NCBI RefSeq assembly: GCF_964355755.1
Contig: NC_092677.1
Coordinates: forward strand, 20,978,101 to 21,042,100
DNA: 64,000 nt
Source: Antedon mediterranea
Lineage: Eukaryota > Animalia > Echinodermata
Direction of reading: 5' to 3'
In this document: piece after piece, positions 54,101-64,000 of the stretch
Numbering within the stretch: position 1 is the stretch's first letter
Layout of the letters: each line of letters starts with the position of its first letter
Position numbers and translations under genes: made by a program
Notes under the pieces: generated by a model
Databases searched by the model: none
Told to the model about the DNA's origin: nothing
What the model saw: only the letters and a program-made list of their open reading frames with translations

Positions 54101-57100
54101 TTCGAAAAAACTTGTTTACATAAAAACACCAAAGTGCTTAGAAAAGCTTCAAATCGCATTTGGAGACGTTTTAAACCATTTTGTTCATTTCGATGAAACT
54201 TGGTTACACAAAAACATCAAAGAGCACAAAAGTATTTAAAAACGTTTTAGACCATTTTGAGCATTCCGTCAAAACTTTTTCACACAAAACATCAAAGTGT
54301 ACAGAATAGCTTTAAATCGCATTTGGAGACGTTTTAGACCATTTTGTAGTTTTCGAAAAAACTTGTTAACATAAAAACACCAAAGTGCTCAGAATACCTT
54401 CAAATCGTGTTTTGAGACGTTTTAGACCATTTTGTGATTTTGGAAAAACTTGTTAACATAAAAACACCAAAGTGCTCAGAATACCTTCAAATCGCATTTG
54501 GAGACGTTTTAGACCATTTTGTGATTTTCGAAAAAACTTGTTAACATAAAAACACCAAAGTGCTCAGAAAAGCTTCAAATCGCAATTGGAGACGTTTTAA
54601 ACCATTTTGTTCATTTCGATGAAACTTGGTTACACAAAAACATCAAATTGCACAAAATGGCTTAATATGGTATGGGAAAACGTTTTAGACCATTTTGAAC
54701 ATTTCGAGCAAACTTTTTCACACAAAACTTCAAAGTGTACAGAATAGCTTCAAATCGCATTAGAAACCGTTTTAGACCATTTTGAGCATTTCGAAAAAAC
54801 TTTTTCACACAAAACATCAAAGTTTACAAAATAGCTTCAAATCGCATTTGGAGACGTTTTAGACCATTTTGTGATTTTCGAAAAAACTTGTTAACATAAA
54901 AACACCAAAGTGCTCAGAATACCTTCAAATCGCATTTTGAGACGTTTTAGACCATTTTGTGATTTTCGAAAAAACTTGTTAACATAAAAATACCAAAGTG
55001 CTCTGAATACCTTCAAATCGTGTTTTGAGACGTTTTAGACCATTTTGTGATTTTCGAAAAAACTTGTTAACATAAAAACACCAAAGTGCTCAGAATACCT
55101 TCAAATCGCATTTGGAGACGTTTTAGACCATTTTGTGATTTTCGAAAAAACTTGTTAACATAAAAACACCAAAGTGCTCAGAAAAGCTTCAAATCGCATT
55201 TGGAGACGTTTTAAACCATTTTGTTCATTTCGATGAAACTTGGTTACACAAAAACATCAAAGAGCACAAAAGTATTTAAAAACGTTTTAGACCATTTTGA
55301 GCATTCCGACAAAACTTTTTCACACAAAACATCAAAGTGTACAGAATAGCTTTAAATCGCATTTGGAGACGTTTTAGACCATTTTGTAGTTTTCGAAAAA
55401 ACTTGTTAACATAAAAACACAAAAGAGCTTCAAATCGCATTTGGAGACGTTTTAGACCCTTTTGTGCATTTCGATGAAACTTGGTTACACAAAAACATCA
55501 AAGTGCTTAAAATCACATTAGAAACCGTTTTAGACCATTTTGAGCATTTCGTTAAAACTTTTCACACAAAAACATCAAAGTCCACAAAATAGCTTAATAT
55601 CGTATTCAAAAACGTTTTAGACCATTTTGAGCATTTCGAAAAAACTTTTTCACACAAAACATCAAAGTTTACAAAATAGCTTCAAATCGCATTTGGAGAC
55701 GTTTTAGACCATTTTGTGATTTTCGAAAAAACTTGTTAACATAAAAACACCAAAGTGCTCAGAATACCTTCAAATCGCATTTTGAGACGTTTTAGACCAT
55801 TTTGTGATTTTCGAAAAAGCAACATAAAAACACCAAAGTGCTCAGAATACCTTCAAATCGCATTTGGAGACGTTTTAGACCATTTTGTGATTTTGGAAAA
55901 AACTTGTTAACATAAAAACACCAAAGTGCTTAGAAAAGCTTCAAATCGCATTTGGAGACGTTTTAGACCATTTTGTGCATTTCGATGAAACTTTGTTACA
56001 CAAAAACATCAAAGTGTACAGAATAGCTTCAAATCGCATTAGAAACCGTTTTAGACCATTTTGAGCATTTCGAAAAAACTTTTTCACACAAAACATCAAA
56101 GTGTACAAAATAGCTTCAAATCGCATTTGGAGACGTTTTAGACAATTTTGTGATTTTCGAAAAAACTTGTTTACATAAAAACACCAAAGTGCTAAGAATA
56201 GCTTCCAATCGCATTTGGAGACGTTTTAGACCCTTTTGTGCATTTCGATGAAACTTGGTTACACAAAAACATCAAAGTGCTTAAAATCACATTAGAAACC
56301 GTTTTAGACCATTTTGAGCATTTCGTTAAAATTTTTCACAGAAAAACATCAAAGAGCAAAAAATAGCTTAATATCGTATTTAAAAACGTTTTAGACCATT
56401 TTGAGCATTTCGACAAAACTTTTTCACACAAAACATCAAAGTGTACAGAATAGCTTAATATCGCATTTGGAGACGTTTTAACCCATTTTGAGCATTTCGA
56501 TGAAACTTGGTTACACAAAAACATCAAAGTGCTTAAAATCACATTTTGAGCATTTCGTTAAAACTTTTCACACAAAAACATCAAAGAGTAAAAAATAGCT
56601 TAATATCGTATTTAAAAACGTTTTAGACCATTTTGAGCATTTCGACAAAATTTTTTCACACAAAACATCAAAGTGTACAGAATAGCTTTAAATCGCATTT
56701 GGAGACGTTTTAGACCATTTTGTTCATTTCGATGAAACAAAAACACAAAAACATCAAATTGCACAAAATGGCTTAATATGATATGGGAAAACGTTTTAGA
56801 CCATTTTGAACATTTCGTTAAAAGTTTTCACAAAAAAACATCAAAGTCCACAAAATAGCTTAATATCGTATTTAAAAACGTTTTAGACCATTTTGAGCAT
56901 TTCGAAAAAACTTTTTCACACAAAACATCAAAGTTTACAAAATAGCTTCAAATCGCATTTGGAGACGTTTTAGACCATTTTGTGATTTTCGAAAAAACTT
57001 GTTAACATAAAAACACCAAAGTGCTCAGAATACCTTCAAATCGCATTTTGAGACGTTTTAGACCATTTTGTGATTTTCGAAAAAACTTGTTAACATAAAA

Positions 57101-60100
57101 ACACCAAAGTGCTCAGAATACCTTCAAATCGTGTTTTGAGACGTTTTAGACCATTTTGTGATTTTGGAAAAACTTGTTAACATAAAAACACCAAAGTGCT
57201 CAGAATACCTTCAAATCGCATTTGGAGACGTTTTAGACCATTTTGTGATTTTCGAAAAAACTTGTTAACATAAAAACACCAAAGTGCTCAGAAAAGCTTC
57301 AAATCGCAATTGGAGACGTTTTAAACCATTTTGTTCATTTCGATGAAACTTGGTTACACAAAAACATCAAATTGCACAAAATGGCTTAATATGGTATGGG
57401 AAAACGTTTTAGACCATTTTGAACATTTCGAGAAAACTTTTTCACACAAAACTTCAAAGTGTACAGAATAGCTTCAAATCGCATTAGAAACCGTTTTAGA
57501 CCATTTTGAGCATTTCGAAAAAAACTTTTTCACACAAAACATCAAAGTTTACAAAATAGCTTCAAATCGCATTTGGAGACGTTTTAGACCATTTTGTGAT
57601 TTTCGAAAAAACTTGTTAACATAAAAACACCAAAGTGCTCAGAATACCTTCAAATCGCATTTTGAGACGTTTTAGACCATTTTGTGATTTTCGAAAAAAC
57701 TTGTTAACATAAAAATACCAAAGTGCTCAGAATACCTTCAAATCGTGTTTTGAGACGTTTTAGACCATTTTGTGATTTTCGAAAAAACTTGTTAACATAA
57801 AAACACCAAAGTGCTCAGAATACCTTCAAATCGCATTTGGAGACGTTTTAGACCATTTTGTGATTTTCGAAAAAACTTGTTAACATAAAAACACCAAAGT
57901 GCTCAGAATACCTTCAAATCGCATTTGGAGACGTTTTAGACCATTTTGTGATTTTCGAAAAAACTTGTTAACATAAAAACACCAAAGTGCTCAGAAAAGC
58001 TTCAAATCGCAATTGGAGACGTTTTAAACCATTTTGTTCATTTCGATGAAACTTGGTTACACAAAAACATCAAAGAGCACAAAAGTATTTAAAAACGTTT
58101 TAGACCATTTTGAGCATTCCGACAAAACTTTTTCACACAAAACATCAAAGTGTACAGAATAGCTTTAAATCGCATTTGGAGACGTTTTAGACCATTTTGT
58201 AGTTTTCGAAAAAACTTGTTAACATAAAAACACCAAAGTGCTTAGAAAAGCTTCAAATCGCATTTGGAGACGTTTTAGACCATTTTGTGCATTTTGATGA
58301 AACTTGGTTACACAAAAACATCAAAGTGTACAGAATAGCTTCAAATCGCATTAGAAACCGTTTTAGACCATTTTGAGCATTTCGAAAAAACTTTTTCACA
58401 CAAAACATCAAAGTGTACAAAATAGCTTCTGGAGACGTTTTAGACCATTTTGTGATTTTCGAAAAAACTTGTTAACATAAAAACACCAAAGTGAAAGATG
58501 AAACTTGGTTACACAAAAACATCAAAGTGCTTAAAATCACATTAGAAACCGTTTTACATTACATTTCGTTAAAATTTTTCACAGAAAAACATCAAAGAGC
58601 AAAAAATAGCTTAATATCGTATTTAAAAACGTTTTAGACCATTTTGAGCATTTCGACAAAACTTTTTCACACAAAACATCAAAGTGTACAGAATAGCTTC
58701 AAATCGCATTTGGAGACGTTTTAACCCATTTTGAGCATTTCGATAAAATTTTACACACAAAAACATCAAAGTGCACAAAATAGCTTAATATGGTATTTAA
58801 AAACGTTTTAGACCATTTTGAGCATTTCAACAAAACTTTTTCTCGCAAAACATCAAAGTGTACAGAATAGCTTCAAATCGCATTTGGAGACGTTTTAGAC
58901 CATTTTGTGCATTTCGATGAAACTTGGTTACACAAAAACATCAAAGTGCTTAAAATCACATTTTGAGCATTTCGTTAAAACTTTTCACACAAAAACATCA
59001 AAGTCCACAAAATAGCTTAATATCGTATTTAAAAACGTTTTAGACCATTTTGAGCATTTCGAAAAAACTTTTCCACACAAAACATCAAAGTTTACAAAAT
59101 AGCTTCAAATCGCATTTGGAGACGTTTTAGACCATTTTGTGATTTTCGAAAAAACTTGTTAACATAAAAACACCAAAGTGCTCAGAATACCTTCAAATCG
59201 TGTTTTGAGACGTTTTAGACCATTTTGTAATTTTCGAAAAAACTTGTTAACATAAAAACACCAAAGTGCTCAGAATACCTTCACATCGCATTTTGAGACG
59301 TTTTAGACCATTTTGTGATTTTCGAAAAAACTTGTTAACATAAAAACACCAAAGTGCTTAGAAAAGCTTGAAATCGCATTTGGAGACGTTTTAGACCATT
59401 TTGTGCATTTCGATGAAACTTGGTTAAAGTGCTTAAAATCACATTTTGAGCATTTCGTTAAAACTTTTCACACAAAAACATCAAAGAGTAAAAAATAGCT
59501 TAATATCGTATTTAAAAACGTTTTAGACCATTTTGAGCATTTCGACAAAATTTTTTCACACAAAACATCAAAGTGTACAGAATAGCTTTAAATCGCATTT
59601 GGAGACGTTTTAGACCATTTTGTTCATTTCGATGAAACAAAAACACAAAAACATCAAATTGCACAAAATGGCTTAATATGATATGGGAAAACGTTTTAGA
59701 CCATTTTGAACAATTCGTTAAAAGTTTTCACAAAAAAACATCAAAGTCCACAAAATAGCTTAATATCGTATTTAAAAACGTTTTAGACCATTTTGAGCAT
59801 TTCGAAAAAACTTTTTCACACAAAACATCAAAGTTTACAAAATAGCTTCAAATCGCATTTGGAGACGTTTTAGACCATTTTGTGATTTTCGAAAAAACTT
59901 GTTAACATAAAAACACCAAAGTGCTCAGAATACCTTCAAATCGCATTTTGAGACGTTTTAGACCATTTTGTGATTTTCGAAAAAACTTGTTAACATAAAA
60001 ACACCAAAGTGCTCAGAATACCTTCAAATCGTGTTTTGAGACGTTTTAGACCATTTTGTGATTTTGGAAAAACTTGTTAACATAAAAACACCAAAGTGCT

Positions 60101-63100
60101 CAGAATACCTTCAAATCGCATTTGGAGACGTTTTAGACCATTTTGTGATTTTCGAAAAAACTTGTTAACATAAAAACACCAAAGTGCTCAGAAAAGCTTC
60201 AAATCGCAATTGGAGACGTTTTAAACCATTTTGTTCATTTCGATGAAACTTGGTTACACAAAAACATCAAATTGCACAAAATGGCTTAATATGGTATGGG
60301 AAAACGTTTTAGACCATTTTGAACATTTCGAGAAAACTTTTTCACACAAAACTTCAAAGTGTACAGAATAGCTTCAAATCGCATTAGAAACCGTTTTAGA
60401 CCATTTTGAGCATTTCGAAAAAACTTTTTCACACAAAACATCAAAGTTTACAAAATAGCTTCAAATCGCATTTGGAGACGTTTTAGACCATTTTGTGATT
60501 TTCGAAAAAACTTGTTAACATAAAAACACCAAAGTGCTCAGAATACCTTCAAATCGCATTTTGAGACGTTTTAGACCATTTTGTGATTTTCGAAAAAACT
60601 TGTTAACATAAAAATACCAAAGTGCTCTGAATACCTTCAAATCGTGTTTTGAGACGTTTTAGACCATTTTGTGATTTTCGAAAAAACTTGTTAACATAAA
60701 AACACCAAAGTGCTCAGAATACCTTCAAATCGCATTTGGAGACGTTTTAGACCATTTTGTGATTTTCGAAAAAACTTGTTAACATAAAAACACCAAAGTG
60801 CTCAGAAAAGCTTCAAATCGCATTTGGAGACGTTTTAAACCATTTTGTTCATTTCGATGAAACTTGGTTACACAAAAACATCAAAGAGCACAAAAGTATT
60901 TAAAAACGTTTTAGACCATTTTGAGCATTCCGACAAAACTTTTTCACACAAAACATCAAAGTGTACAGAATAGCTTTAAATCGCATTTGGAGACGTTTTA
61001 GACCATTTTGTAGTTTTCGAAAAAACTTGTTAACATAAAAACACAAAAGAGCTTCAAATCGCATTTGGAGACGTTTTAGACCCTTTTGTGCATTTCGATG
61101 AAACTTGGTTACACAAAAACATCAAAGTGCTTAAAATCACATTAGAAACCGTTTTAGACCATTTTGAGCATTTCGTTAAAACTTTTCACACAAAAACATC
61201 AAAGTCCACAAAATAGCTTAATATCGTATTCAAAAACGTTTTAGACCATTTTGAGCATTTCGAAAAAACTTTTTCACACAAAACATCAAAGTTTACAAAA
61301 TAGCTTCAAATCGCATTTGGAGACGTTTTAGACCATTTTGTGATTTTCGAAAAAACTTGTTAACATAAAAACACCAAAGTGCTCAGAATACCTTCAAATC
61401 GCATTTTGAGACGTTTTAGACCATTTTGTGATTTTCGAAAAAACAACATAAAAACACCAAAGTGCTCAGAATACCTTCAAATCGCATTTGGAGACGTTTT
61501 AGACCATTTTGTGATTTTGGAAAAAACTTGTTAACATAAAAACACCAAAGTGCTCAGAATACCTTCAAATCGTATTTTGAGACGTTTTAGACAATTTTGT
61601 GATTTTCGAAAAAACTTGTTAACATAAAAACACCAAAGTGCTTAGAAAAGCTTCAAATCGCATTTGGAGACGTTTTAGACCATTTTGTGCATTTCGATGA
61701 AACTTGGTTACACAAAAACATCAAAGTGTACAGAATAGCTTCAAATCGCATTAGAAACCGTTTTAGACCATTTTGAGCATTTCGAAAAAACTTTTTCACA
61801 CAAAACATCAAAGTGTACAAAATAGCTTCAAATCGCATTTGGAGACGTTTTAGACAATTTTGTGATTTTCGAAAAAACTTGTTTACATAAAAACACCAAA
61901 GTGCTAAGAATAGCTTCCAATCGCATTTGGAGACGTTTTAGACCCTTTTGTGCATTTCGATGAAACTTGGTTACACAAAAACATCAAAGTGCTTAAAATC
62001 ACATTAGAAACCGTTTTAGACCATTTTGAGCATTTCGTTAAAATTTTTCACAGAAAAACATCAAAGAGCAAAAAATAGCTTAATATCGTATTTAAAAACG
62101 TTTTAGACCATTTTGAGCATTTCGACAAAACTTTTTCACACAAAACATCAAAGTATACAGATAAGCTTCAAATCGCATTTGGAGACGTTTTAAACCATTT
62201 TGAGCATTTCGATAAAATTTTACACACAAAAACATCAAAGTGCACAAAATAGCTTAATATGGTATTTAAAAACGTTTTAGACCATTTTGAGCATTTCAAC
62301 AAAACTTTTTCTCACAAAACATCAAAGTGTACAGAATAGCTTCAAATCGCATTTGGAGACGTTTTAGACCATTTTGTGCATTTCGATGAAACTTGGTTAC
62401 ACAAAAACATCAAAGTGCTTAAAATCACATTTTGAGCATTTCGTTAAAACTTTTCACACAAAAACATCAAAGTCCACAAAATAGCTTAATATCGTATTTA
62501 AAAACGTTTTAGACCATTTTGAGCATTTTCGAAAAAACTTGTTAACATAAAAACACCAAAGTGCTCAGAATACCTTCAAATCGTGTTTTGAGACGTTTTA
62601 GACCGTTTTGTAATTTTCGAAAAAACTTGTTAACATAAAAACACCAAAGTGCTCAGAATACCTTCACATCGCATTTTGAGACGTTTTAGACCATTTTGTG
62701 ATTTTCGAAAAAACTTGTTAACATAAAAACACCAAAGTGCTTAGAAAAGCTTGAAATTGCATTTGGAGACGTTTTAGACCATTTTGTGCATTTCGATGAA
62801 ACTTGGTTAAAGTGCTTAAAATCACATTTTGAGCATTTCGTTAAAACTTTTCACACAAAAACATCAAAGAGTAAAAAATAGCTTAATATCGTATTTAAAA
62901 ACGTTTTAGACCATTTTGTTCATTTCGATGAAACAAAAACACAAAAACATCAAATTGCACAAAATGGCTTAATATGATATGGGAAAACGTTTTAGACCAT
63001 TTTGAACATTTCGTTAAAAGTTTTCACAAAAAAACATCAAAGTCCACAAAATAGCTTAATATCGTATTTAAAAACGTTTTAGACCATTTTGAGCATTTCG

Positions 63101-64000
63101 AAAAAACTTTTTCACACAAAACATCAAAGTTTACAAAATAGCTTCAAATCGCATTTGGAGACGTTTTAGACCATTTTGTGATTTTCGAAAAAACTTGTTA
63201 ACATAAAAACACCAAAGTGCTCAGAATACCTTCAAATCGCATTTTGAGACGTTTTAGACCATTTTGTGATTTTCGAAAAAACTTGTTAACATAAAAACAC
63301 CAAAGTGCTCAGAATACCTTCAAATCGTGTTTTGAGACGTTTTAGACCATTTTGTGATTTTGGAAAAACTTGTTAACATAAAAACACCAAAGTGCTCAGA
63401 ATACCTTCAAATCGCATTTGGAGACGTTTTAGACCATTTTGTGATTTTCGAAAAAAACTTGTTAACATAAAAACACCAAAGTGCTCAGAAAAGCTTCAAA
63501 TCGCAATTGGAGACGTTTTAAACCATTTTGTTCATTTCGATGAAACTTGGTTACACAAAAACATCAAATTGCACAAAATGGCTTAATATGGTATGGGAAA
63601 ACGTTTTAGACCATTTTGAACATTTCGAGAAAACTTTTTCACACAAAACTTCAAAGTGTACAGAATAGCTTCAAATCGCATTAGAAACCGTTTTAGACCA
63701 TTTTGAGCATTTCGAAAAAAACTTTTTCACACAAAACATCAAAGTTTACAAAATAGCTTCAAATCGCATTTGGAGACGTTTTAGACCATTTTGTGATTTT
63801 CGAAAAAACTTGTTAACATAAAAACACCAAAGTGCTCAGAATACCTTCAAATCGCATTTTGAGACGTTTTAGACCATTTTGTGATTTTCGAAAAAACTTG
63901 TTAACATAAAAATACCAAAGTGCTCAGAATACCTTCAAATCGTGTTTTGAGACGTTTTAGACCATTTTGTGATTTTCGAAAAAACTTGTTAACATAAAAA
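33100..64000. repeat. Same 87-88 bp satellite array (right block), same orientation
   Basis: Array resumes in register after the insertion (tacct-tcaaatcgtattttgagacg) with the same monomer classes and runs to the window end. Confidence 0.97.

Noticed and set aside
1386-63586. Recurrent 61-84 aa ORFs (MRFEAILYTLMF..., MLKCSKCSK..., MLRIPSNR...)
   Set aside because: They are chance open frames across satellite monomers, internally repeated with a ~29-aa period (87 bp), and recur only because the HOR recurs.

Overview
This is non-coding eukaryotic heterochromatin-type sequence. About 60.6 kb of the window is one uninterrupted, same-orientation array of an AT-rich satellite with an 87-88 bp monomer and several fixed deletion variants. 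The array has layered higher-order structure: 176-bp dimers, a 746-bp 9-mer, ~3.4-4.1 kb higher-order units, a 7,486-bp tandem duplication, and longer-range copies at offsets of 18.4, 22.3 and 38.9 kb. It is interrupted once, at 29730-33099, by a 3,370-bp non-autonomous Foldback-type DNA element. The element has TGT...ACA ends, a clean target-site duplication (TACCT), ~850-bp modular inverted arms (12 CCACAAATGT cores plus ~120-bp AGGTCA-containing units) and a ~1.6-kb AT-rich centre with no recognisable gene. The matching empty site survives in the neighbouring duplicate copy of the array. No credible protein-coding gene, RNA gene or CRISPR array was seen, and the listed ORFs are read-throughs of repeats. 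All counts and offsets were read by eye; the organism and transposon superfamily cannot be fixed without database searches.
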